In this document: positions 55,256 to 63,078 of the stretch, piece by piece | Position numbering within the stretch: the stretch's first letter is position 1 | How the letters are laid out: each line of letters begins with the position of its first letter | Assembly: GCA_044233485.1 (NCBI GenBank) | Contig: JBIIJY010000003.1 | Location: 32,481 to 96,480 of the forward strand | Source: Minisyncoccia bacterium | GTDB lineage: Bacteria > Patescibacteriota > Minisyncoccia > Phycocordibacterales > UBA6065 | DNA length: 64,000 nucleotides | Direction of reading: 5' to 3' | The notes under the pieces: model-generated | Seen by the model: the letters and a program-made list of their open reading frames with translations, nothing else | Database searches by the model: none | Told to the model about the DNA's origin: nothing | Made by a program: the position numbers and the translations under genes

Positions 55256-58200
55256 TTAACGACCAAACTTCAATTCACTTTCTTCTAGATTCTCCATTTT
55301 GCCTTCCTCTACCTCGAGAGCGGTTACGAGTGTCACCTTCTGAATTTGTTGACGTATCTCGGTCGCTTGAAGCAATGTGTGCACTTCTGCTGGCACTACT
55401 GCTTTCAGTGTCACCTGATCTCGAATCGAGAAATTATTTTCTTTACGAGCATCTTGTACCAGACGGATGAACTCTCGCACAACCCCTTTTGCTTTAAGTT
55501 CTGGTGTCAATTTTGTTTCAAGTGCATACTCGGTGCCTTCATGTATTTCTTCAACATTGAGTTCAGCCTTGAGAATGTCTTTAAACTCTTGCGTGTACTC
55601 ACCAAATACCCCTTTCGGAATTGTGAATGATTCGAGCGGCTGACGAACATTGACTCCTGCCTGCTGACGGAGCTTGAGAGCATTGGTAATCACCTCGCGT
55701 AGAGACTTCATACCATCAAGGAGTGCCTGATCGTGGCTTGTGACACTATCCCACTCTTCAAGATGAATACTTTCAGAACCTCGGCCAATCTCGAAAGCGA
55801 GTGTCTCGGCAAAGAACGGCGCATACGGTGCGAGTAATTTGGCGATTGCATGTAGTACAAAGCGAGTCGTCTCTAGCGCTTCTCGACGATCTTCTACATC
55901 GTCACTCTTGAACCGCTCGCGACTGCGACGCGTGTACCAGGTAGAGACATCATCAACAAGCGTTGTCAGTTCTCGAACACCAACATCAAGAGTATACGAC
56001 TCAAGAGCATGTGTGATAGCTGCATGCGCTCCGCGAAGGCGTTCAATCATCCAGCGGTCGAGAATATGTGTTGTGTGAGCCTGTGCACTGATAGTCTCAT
56101 CAGCATAGAGCTTATAGAGAGTTAAGACATTTTCCAGACGATTTAAAACTTTGTTCTGGACTTCGGCTACTGATTTTTCAGAGAAATGTAGATCTTCCGC
56201 TGAAACAACCGGTGAACCAAGGAGGACAAGTCGCAGAGCGTCCATACTGTATGCTCGAATGACCTCGAGCGGGTCTGGATAGTTTTTGAGACTCTTGGAC
56301 ATTTTCTTACCATCTTCTGCCAACACAAGACCGTTCACAATCACGTTCTTAAATGGACTTCGTCCAAAGAGTGCTGTACCGAGCACAAGCAGAGCATAGA
56401 ACCAACCACGAGTCTGATCGAGTCCTTCAGCAATAAAGTCCGCCGGAAATCCCTTTCCTTGAGCTGGATCAAAAGCCATCGTCGGTGTTCCAGTAAAACA
56501 AGCCTCGCCGTACGGCATTGAACCAGATTCAAACCAACAATCAAAGACATCTGGCACTCGAGTCATCAACTTTCCTTTTGAATCAAGTATTTCAAGACCA
56601 TCGATATACGGTCGGTGAAAATCGATTTCGTATGAGGGGTTACGCGGAAGTTTTACACTGAGCACTTCTCGAACTTCAGCGTTACCAAATGGCGCAACGA
56701 GCTCATCAGTAACATGTCCGAGAAAATGACTTTGCAATACTCGTAGAGGTGTACCATGAGCAATAATCAAAACATTTTTGCCAAAAAACTTTTCTGAAAT
56801 ATCTTCTACAGCTGCAACCATACGAGCGCGCACTGCAGTCAGATTTTCCATATCAGGAAGCGTGTAGGTAAAGGCTTGCTTACGATGTGGAAACTGTGCG
56901 TGGAATTCTTCCCAGTTTTTCCCATGAAGGGCGCGAGCACCGAGTTCACCAAGTCGTGGATCAACAACGATATGTGCATCAGAAAGCCCGAGGACATCTT
57001 GCACCTCTTTAAATGTCTCCTGTGTGCGCACGAATGGAGACACCGCCACCACATCTATATGTTTACCTTTGAGTTTTTGAGCACTCAAGCGCACCTGGGC
57101 TACCCCTTCAGGAGTGAGGTGATCTGGCGCATTTGGATCAGTACTGACTTTATTCTGAAGATTACTTTCGGCTTGCCCGTGACGCATCAGATACAGCGTG
57201 TTGCGGACTTTTGAATGTGCCACAATATCTTCAACTGTACTGAGAACTTTTACTTCAGTACCATCTTCACTTTTCCATACCGGTAGTGGCGCCCCCCAGT
57301 ATCGAGTACGTGAGATTGCCCAATCGCGAGCACCCTGGAGCCACTTTCCAAAACGCCCTTCCCCCACATGAGAAGGCACCCAGCGTACATCTTTATTAGC
57401 AGCTACGAGCTCGTCTTTGAAAGATGTTACTTTCACAAACCAACTTGAGGCAGCGTAGTTTAGAAGCGGAGTCTCACAGCGCCAACAATGCGGATATGAG
57501 TGAACGAGTTTTTCCTTTGCGAAAAGCGCACCGTGCATATGAAGCCACTTGATGACTTCTACGTCTGTTTTCTGATGAGGATCCTTTTCCCCTGCATCAC
57601 CCTTCGGCTTTACATACAACCCGACGAAATCACGAACCTCGGGCTTGAAACGCCCGTCGACGCCGACATGCTGAATAAATGGCAGAGAGTGTTTTACACC
57701 GAGCTGATAGTCGTCTTCGCCATACCCAGGAGCGATGTGAACTACCCCGGTACCATCGTCAGTTGTAACGAAGTCTGCGGCATAGATTTTCCAGCCATTC
57801 TCGCGATTCTTGAGATTAGAATCCTGGGCGTAGTAATCGAAAACCGGCGCATATTTCTTACCAGTAAGAGCTAAACCCTTATACGTCTTTAGAATTTTGA
57901 AATCTTTCTTAAATAGCGTCTCGACGCGAGCTTGAGCAACAATATACTTTTCAGAACTACCAACTAACTCAACCTCTGCATAATCTATTTCAGAATTGAC
58001 CGCAAGAGCGACGTTACCAGGAAGTGTCCAAGGTGTGGTCGTCCAAGCAATGATAAAAGTCTGTGGTTCGTCGACCAGCGCAAATTTTACATACACTGAG
58101 ATATCAGTGATATCTTTGTACCCCTGATTCACCTCGAAGTTTGAAAGCGTTGTTCCACAACGTGGACACAAATGCATACTCTTGAATCCTTCATAGACTA

Positions 58201-58711
58201 ACCCCTTATCAAACAATGTTTTAAAGACCCACCAGACGGATTTGGTGTACTCAATGTCCATTGTCCGATAGTCATTCTCCATGTCTACAAAACGCCCAAA
58301 TCGCGGCACTTGCTCACGCCAAACTCCAGCGTATCGAAGCACTACCTCTCGAGCAGTTTCATTGAACTTCTGAATTCCAAACTGCTCAATGTCTTTTTTA
58401 CTCTTGAGTCCAAGCTCTTTCTCAACAAGGTTCTCTATCGGAAGCCCATGACAATCCCATCCCCATCGTCGAGGTACACGAAACCCACACATCGTCTTGT
58501 ACCGAGGAATGACATCTTTGATTGAGCCCGCCAAAATATGTCCATAATGAGGAGTACCTGAAGCAAAGGGTGGACCATCGAAGAAAATAAATTCTCCACG
58601 TGGAGCGTTTTTCTCCAAAGTCTTTTCGAAAATTCGATGCTGCTTCCAATGGGCGAGAGTTTTTTCTTCTCGTCGCGCCGTTTCGCTCATGTGTGGATTT
58701 GTATGTGACAT
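55256..58711 (-). CDS. ileS: isoleucine--tRNA ligase (type 2) carrying an inserted histidine-phosphatase domain
   Basis: 1151 aa. HIGH-type PHYGHIL, the CP1 editing region (TTTPWTLPGNVA), WAISRTRYWGAPLPVW, DCWFESGSMPYG and KMSKSLKN. Residues around 503-686 carry the RHG / SPFVRTQET / AHG motifs of the histidine phosphatase superfamily. Confidence 0.96.
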   Translation of the reverse strand: MSHTNPHMSETARREEKTLAHWKQHRIFEKTLEKNAPRGEFIFFDGPPFASGTPHYGHILAGSIKDVIPRYKTMCGFRVPRRWGWDCHGLPIENLVEKELGLKSKKDIEQFGIQKFNETAREVVLRYAGVWREQVPRFGRFVDMENDYRTMDIEYTKSVWWVFKTLFDKGLVYEGFKSMHLCPRCGTTLSNFEVNQGYKDITDISVYVKFALVDEPQTFIIAWTTTPWTLPGNVALAVNSEIDYAEVELVGSSEKYIVAQARVETLFKKDFKILKTYKGLALTGKKYAPVFDYYAQDSNLKNRENGWKIYAADFVTTDDGTGVVHIAPGYGEDDYQLGVKHSLPFIQHVGVDGRFKPEVRDFVGLYVKPKGDAGEKDPHQKTDVEVIKWLHMHGALFAKEKLVHSYPHCWRCETPLLNYAASSWFVKVTSFKDELVAANKDVRWVPSHVGEGRFGKWLQGARDWAISRTRYWGAPLPVWKSEDGTEVKVLSTVEDIVAHSKVRNTLYLMRHGQAESNLQNKVSTDPNAPDHLTPEGVAQVRLSAQKLKGKHIDVVAVSPFVRTQETFKEVQDVLGLSDAHIVVDPRLGELGARALHGKNWEEFHAQFPHRKQAFTYTLPDMENLTAVRARMVAAVEDISEKFFGKNVLIIAHGTPLRVLQSHFLGHVTDELVAPFGNAEVREVLSVKLPRNPSYEIDFHRPYIDGLEILDSKGKLMTRVPDVFDCWFESGSMPYGEACFTGTPTMAFDPAQGKGFPADFIAEGLDQTRGWFYALLVLGTALFGRSPFKNVIVNGLVLAEDGKKMSKSLKNYPDPLEVIRAYSMDALRLVLLGSPVVSAEDLHFSEKSVAEVQNKVLNRLENVLTLYKLYADETISAQAHTTHILDRWMIERLRGAHAAITHALESYTLDVGVRELTTLVDDVSTWYTRRSRERFKSDDVEDRREALETTRFVLHAIAKLLAPYAPFFAETLAFEIGRGSESIHLEEWDSVTSHDQALLDGMKSLREVITNALKLRQQAGVNVRQPLESFTIPKGVFGEYTQEFKDILKAELNVEEIHEGTEYALETKLTPELKAKGVVREFIRLVQDARKENNFSIRDQVTLKAVVPAEVHTLLQATEIRQQIQKVTLVTALEVEEGKMENLEESELKFGR

Positions 58712-58757
58712 AAAATAAATAAAAGAATAAGCCAGACGCGAGTGAGTCTGGCTTATC
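58712..58757 (-). terminator. intrinsic terminator immediately upstream of the ileS start codon (attenuator terminator, segments 3:4)
   Basis: Minus strand: GAUAAGCCAGAC (58757-58746), loop UCACUCGC, GUCUGGCUUAU (58737-58727), then UUCUUUUAUUUAUUUU running straight into the ileS ATG at 58711. Confidence 0.75.
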
Positions 58758-58769
58758 TTTTGAGGAATT

Positions 58770-58836
58770 AAGTCAAACTCACGAGGTACTACCCGTTACT
58801 AATTGCAATAGAAATTCGTGTACCTCGGTTTGACTT
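58770..58836 (-). promoter_or_regulatory. 17-bp leader hairpin (segments 1:2) of the ileS leader
   Basis: AAGUCAAAC+CGAGGUAC (58836-58820) pairs perfectly with GUACCUCG (58789-58782) and GUUUGACUU (58778-58770), with a 3-nt UGA bulge and a 30-nt loop. Confidence 0.6.
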
Positions 58837-58839
58837 CAT
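58789..58839 (-). CDS. candidate 16-aa leader peptide MKSNRGTRISIAISNG (three Ile codons)
   Basis: ATG at 58839-58837 and TAG at 58791-58789. Ile codons (all ATT) are at positions 9, 11 and 13, inside the loop of hairpin 1:2. The stop codon abuts segment 2. Translation is unproven. Confidence 0.4.
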   Translation of the reverse strand: MKSNRGTRISIAISNG

Positions 58840-58846
58840 GTGATGT

Positions 58847-58875
58847 ATAGTAATACGTCTCGGGTCTCTTTTCAA
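58847..58875 (-). promoter_or_regulatory. candidate promoter for the ileS leader
   Basis: TTGAAA (58875-58870), a 17-nt spacer, then TACTAT (58852-58847). The predicted start at about 58839-58840 is at or next to the leader-peptide ATG. Confidence 0.35.
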
Positions 58876-58876
58876 G

Positions 58877-60520
58877 CTACTTAAGTGTAGCGGTCCTACC
58901 AAGTACTGAACACTTACTCGTCATCAGCGCCCCGAAGCCTAGATACTCAGTCGCATAGTGGAGTCGCCCCTTGTAATTTGGGAGTGTCTTTTTATCAGCA
59001 GAAAATTCACTATCACCTTTCGATGCTGTGCTTGTGGCTGTGCATGAGGCAACAACATTCTTTTTCTCAATCTGTATTGAGTCAAAATAGAGGCGCGTGG
59101 TTGCTGCCGTGTCCCACTCTCCCGCCTTAAGACCAGTTCGTAGTGTCGTAATCTCTTCACTGCGGTTCTTCAGACGAGCTGGTATGGTACTAGTCGACTG
59201 ACCGACCACTTTAATGAACTCTTTGGTATCGAGATAGTATGCATTGAGTGAATTATCTAATGCTTTTTGAATACGAACTGTCCGAGCAGTATTTTCAGCT
59301 TCAGTTGGAATGATACGATCTGAAACTGCCAACAGTGGATTAACTGAAGCTACGCGGGCATACGCAAAATCAAGAATCGACAGACCGACAAAGGTGCTCG
59401 TCGGATGATCTGCGTCGGCTAGGACTTTTTCACCAAGCTCAATGAGATTTCGTGGGCCAGCGATAGCACCTTTGTAATTTTTCTTTGCCTGAAGATCGAT
59501 TGACTGAATGACGGCGAGTCGTACCGCATTGCCCACTTTACTGTATGAGCAACCTGTCAGAGCCACGTCGCAATAAAAACGAGCTCTCCCTTTCTGACCA
59601 ACGACTGCATTTATGTAGGCTCCATACTTACTGACAAGTGCCACCTGAGCTGGCGTTACCGTAGTACTCTCTTGAGTGATCTCACGCACAACCCTCTCCT
59701 CATCAGCTGTAAGATCCGGCAAACCCTTGAAGAGCTCATACACGTTCTCGGCCAATGGAACATTTGGCGAGGTCGTCGCTTTTATTCCTGAATCAGTAAT
59801 CGTGACTGTCGGAGTAGTTGATGCGAGTAATGTAGGTGAACGTCGTGGAGTGGTCGTCGGTAGTGGTACATTTAGAATCGGTTGCTCGAATTCACTCAAA
59901 TCAATTGGTTGCATGCTCTGGTATTTGTTCCAGGCAAATACTCCAGCAGTAACAAGAATACACACGACGATTACGATATACATCCACAAAGGATTCTTTG
60001 GTGGGTGTTGTGGAAGGGCTGCCTGTGAAGCTTCATTGGCCTTCAAGACATCTTTATTCACAATACGTGGACCGATAGTCGGTTCCGTGCTTGGCCCTGC
60101 TGGCTGAACTTTTGCAAATGGAGTTTGAAAAGCTGTCGGTTGTTTAACGGCTTCTTGCAAAGTAGTTCTAAAGGCACTGGCATTAAACTGACTCGCTGAT
60201 GCACCACCAAATCGTGCCTGGGTAGAATTAGCAACTTGAGTTTGGGGCATCTGCATAGCAGGAGATGCCACCTGTTTTGGTTGGGTGGTATTCCCTGATG
60301 TTTGAGCCTGAGGGGATACGACCGGTGAAGACGCTGGACTTGTCACTGGAGCGACTGGCTTGGCCGGCACCACTGGTGCAGGACCAACGAGTGGCTTGAG
60401 TGCCTCTTGAATATCTCCTTCTTGCCATCCAACCGCCTTAAGAGCAGTGTATATTTCTGTCTCAGCAATGCCGAGTGCGCGTTCTTGTGCAATATACGCT
60501 TTAAGTTCTGGAGTGATCAT
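58877..60520 (-). CDS. hypothetical bitopic membrane protein (small cytoplasmic N-domain, Pro/Ala/Gln-rich linker, one TM, large external domain)
   Basis: 547 aa. MITPELKAYIAQERALGIAETEIYTALKAVGWQEGDIQEAL is followed by a low-complexity stretch, then the TM segment LWMYIVIVVCILVTAGVFAW, then about 340 aa with no recognised family. Confidence 0.7.
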   Translation of the reverse strand: MITPELKAYIAQERALGIAETEIYTALKAVGWQEGDIQEALKPLVGPAPVVPAKPVAPVTSPASSPVVSPQAQTSGNTTQPKQVASPAMQMPQTQVANSTQARFGGASASQFNASAFRTTLQEAVKQPTAFQTPFAKVQPAGPSTEPTIGPRIVNKDVLKANEASQAALPQHPPKNPLWMYIVIVVCILVTAGVFAWNKYQSMQPIDLSEFEQPILNVPLPTTTPRRSPTLLASTTPTVTITDSGIKATTSPNVPLAENVYELFKGLPDLTADEERVVREITQESTTVTPAQVALVSKYGAYINAVVGQKGRARFYCDVALTGCSYSKVGNAVRLAVIQSIDLQAKKNYKGAIAGPRNLIELGEKVLADADHPTSTFVGLSILDFAYARVASVNPLLAVSDRIIPTEAENTARTVRIQKALDNSLNAYYLDTKEFIKVVGQSTSTIPARLKNRSEEITTLRTGLKAGEWDTAATTRLYFDSIQIEKKNVVASCTATSTASKGDSEFSADKKTLPNYKGRLHYATEYLGFGALMTSKCSVLGRTATLK

Positions 60521-60572
60521 ATTCTTCTATGGTATCACTCTCTCTAGAAAGCCGACTCGGATTTATCCCCAC

Positions 60573-62270
60573 CTACATTTGTTTAGGAACTTGAATACCT
60601 AACAAGTTGAGACCATGAGTCAGTACCTGTGCGACCGCTTGGGTGAGACGAAGTCTGTATCCAGTCACTTCTCCGGCTTCAAGGATTTTGTTTTGGGCAT
60701 AGAAAGCATTGAACTCTCGGGCAAGCTCGATCAAATACCCCGCGATAGTATGCGGTGAAAATTCTTCATACGCTCGCCGCGTAATCTGCGGATACGTTGC
60801 GATCAGACGTTCAAGATTGCCGATTTCAAGAGGAGGAACGACAGCTTCCGTTCCAGTAGCTTTTGCTAAAACCGACCGTGCTCGAACAACACTGTATTGA
60901 ATATACGGACCAGAGTCACCTTCAAACGCTATCGCCTTTTCTTCATCATAAATAATATCCGACCCTGGACTCGAGCGAAGGATGGTGTACTTGATTGCTC
61001 CGATACCAACTTTTTCACTCACCTCTTTTCGTGTCTGCTCGTCGTACGCACGCTCTGCTATTTTCTCATGAACCAACGCCTGCGCATCTTCGATCATTGA
61101 TTCTCCAGTGATGACATTGCCCGTTCGTGACGACATTTTACCTGAAGCGAAACGCATCATTCCGTGACCGATATGTTTAGTACGCTGCGCGATTTTAGAA
61201 TCTATCTCCGAGAGCGCCGAAAGGACTACCTTAAAATATTCGTTTTGCTCACTCGCTGTAATGATGATCGATTGCTCAAGCTCTGGATGTCGACGAAACT
61301 TCTCAGTGTTCAAACCAATCTCTTTTGCCTCATAGGTTGGGAGCCCAGTTGAGTTGATAAACACACGTGTGTGAAGACCATTCTTTTCACCTTTATACAC
61401 CACCGCCCCATCACTTTTTTCAAACACTCCAGTAGCAACATGAGCGAGGACAATTTCTTTTCCCGGAAATGAAATTTCACTCTCAAAAATATATTCATTA
61501 AAAACAGTTCCTACTTTTTTGTAGATTTCCTCGAAGTGCTCTAAACTCCATCGCTTTCCAGTCTCGTAAATCTGTACGAGGTCTGCATCACTTTTCTCAA
61601 AGAGTTTTTTGTTTATTGAATCAATCTCGGCTTTTATCTCCGGAGACTGTTCATACTGAGCGGTTCCGTAGACGTACATCTTTCCAAGAAATCCGGTTCG
61701 GACGATAACCGGGTCGCTTTCTTGAGGTAGCTCTTGTTGATGCTTGGTAATTGCCCATACGGCTTTAGCAATATGTAACCCAATATCACTCGGGTAACAC
61801 ATTCGAATCATTTCTGCTCCAGCATTTTCAATGATACGAGAAATTGATTCGCCGAGAGCATTATTCATGAGGTGGCCGATATGGAGAGGCTTGAAGGCAT
61901 TTGGATCAGTGTATTCAACTAAAACTTTTTTACCTGCCAGAATATCCAATGAGCCAAAATGTTCAGTCGTATTCAAAACAACGTCAGTATAAAAACGAGG
62001 TACGAGAAAAAGATTAATGAATCCTGGACCAGCAATCTCAATCTTACTAATAAGATCCGCTGAATTGGTCTGAAGTTCAGTGACTATCTGCTCTGCTAAC
62101 TCTCGTGGATTTTTCTTAAGTTCCTTAGCGTGGACGAGGGCGACGTTGGTGGCAAACTCGCCATGAGTTTCAATGACTGAACGCTCGATTGAAAAAGCTT
62201 TCGGGGATTCGATTCCGAGCGACCGAAGCGTCTGACTGATTCGTTTAATAAGCGTCGACTGTATATCCAT
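60573..62270 (-). CDS. argS: arginine--tRNA ligase
   Basis: 565 aa. Contains the Arg_tRNA_synt_N region, HIGH-type PLHIGHLMN and the DALR anticodon-binding domain, and ends in the characteristic terminal M. Confidence 0.96.
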   Translation of the reverse strand: MDIQSTLIKRISQTLRSLGIESPKAFSIERSVIETHGEFATNVALVHAKELKKNPRELAEQIVTELQTNSADLISKIEIAGPGFINLFLVPRFYTDVVLNTTEHFGSLDILAGKKVLVEYTDPNAFKPLHIGHLMNNALGESISRIIENAGAEMIRMCYPSDIGLHIAKAVWAITKHQQELPQESDPVIVRTGFLGKMYVYGTAQYEQSPEIKAEIDSINKKLFEKSDADLVQIYETGKRWSLEHFEEIYKKVGTVFNEYIFESEISFPGKEIVLAHVATGVFEKSDGAVVYKGEKNGLHTRVFINSTGLPTYEAKEIGLNTEKFRRHPELEQSIIITASEQNEYFKVVLSALSEIDSKIAQRTKHIGHGMMRFASGKMSSRTGNVITGESMIEDAQALVHEKIAERAYDEQTRKEVSEKVGIGAIKYTILRSSPGSDIIYDEEKAIAFEGDSGPYIQYSVVRARSVLAKATGTEAVVPPLEIGNLERLIATYPQITRRAYEEFSPHTIAGYLIELAREFNAFYAQNKILEAGEVTGYRLRLTQAVAQVLTHGLNLLGIQVPKQM

Positions 62271-62310
62271 TTACTCTACTTTAGAGTGAAAGGCTGTTTT
62301 TTACAAGAAT

Positions 62311-62335
62311 GGCCCGGTCACTTCGTGACCGGGCC
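62311..62335 (-). terminator. GC-rich hairpin between tmk and argS (possible terminator or processing/regulatory hairpin)
   Basis: GGCCCGGTCAC-TTC-GTGACCGGGCC: an 11-bp perfect stem, 26 nt after the tmk stop and 41 nt before the argS ATG. The downstream tract AUUCUUGU is only weakly U-rich. Confidence 0.45.
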
Positions 62336-62360
62336 ACCTGAGAAAACTTCACTCAACACC

Positions 62361-63053
62361 TTACGAAACTGCCAGCACCTGTTCCATCACCCGTGCATGA
62401 ATCTCCTCACGGGGCAGAATCTCACCCTGCGGCGCGCAGTCGATAATCCGGAAATACGGATAGTGCCCGGCAAGCAAGGTATACATGTCCGCCACCCTTT
62501 GTTGATACGGTCTGTTGGCTTCATTGCAATCAAGGGCACCCGTGGCATTCTCACCGAGATACCCTCGAGCTTCTTTCTTGGCAACAAGTGCCTGACCTAT
62601 CGCCGAAGGCACCTTGAGGTAAATCACCATGTCTGGACGTGGTATACCGAGGGTGTCGTGCTCAAGCGTCTCGAGAAAACGAGCGAACTCAAGCGCTTTT
62701 GCCTGTTCAGAAAATTTCGCCATTTGATAGGCGATATTGCTTTGGGTGTATCGATTCGAAATCACCACCCCCTGACCAAGCGCTGTGATGATGCGCTCTC
62801 TCGCCGCCACACGATCAATCGTATAGAGCGGAAAGGCGAGTTCTGGATGTATAGTGCTCCAGTCGCCAAACTCACCTCTGAGTGCCCGTCCTATGAGGGC
62901 ACCCATTGGTGTGTCGTATTGAGGAAAATCAAGCGCTGTGACTTGATTTTCAAGTTTTTCGAGAGCAGTTTTGAGGAGGGCTGCCTGTGTGCCTTTCCCT
63001 GCCCCATCTCCACCCTCGATGACAATGAGCTTACCTTTAAGTGCAGTGTTCAT
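62361..63053 (-). CDS. tmk: dTMP (thymidylate) kinase
   Basis: GKLIVIEGGDGAGKGTQAALL P-loop and a DRY-like NRYTQSNIAYQ region. First ATG is at 63053; the track starts at TTG 63095, overlapping glyA. Confidence 0.88.
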   Translation of the reverse strand: MNTALKGKLIVIEGGDGAGKGTQAALLKTALEKLENQVTALDFPQYDTPMGALIGRALRGEFGDWSTIHPELAFPLYTIDRVAARERIITALGQGVVISNRYTQSNIAYQMAKFSEQAKALEFARFLETLEHDTLGIPRPDMVIYLKVPSAIGQALVAKKEARGYLGENATGALDCNEANRPYQQRVADMYTLLAGHYPYFRIIDCAPQGEILPREEIHARVMEQVLAVS

Positions 63054-63078
63054 AGGTTTCAAGTAGAAGTTTACAGAG

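Noticed and set aside
56654-57205. The insertion in ileS as an intein, mobile element or assembly chimera.
   Set aside because: There are no intein junction residues (no Cys/Ser/Thr at the N-junction followed by HN-Cys/Ser/Thr at the C-junction) and no endonuclease motifs. The reading frame is continuous and the flanking IleRS motifs are in the correct order. A chimera cannot be fully excluded without reads.
58782-58804. T-box-like string AAUUAG-UAAC-GGGUAGUACCUCG in the ileS leader, resembling the conserved AAUUAGGGUGGUACCGCG T-box sequence.
   Set aside because: The tRNA-acceptor-pairing UGGN is UAGU here, which gives an A-C clash with C75. A 4-nt insertion splits the motif. I can draw no antiterminator of T-box geometry (GGG...CCC helix with a 7-nt bulge). 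The leader is about 128 nt and has no room for Stem I, a specifier loop or Stem II. The GUACCUCG part is already explained as the 3' arm of hairpin 1:2. I keep it as an alternative to test with the Rfam T-box model.
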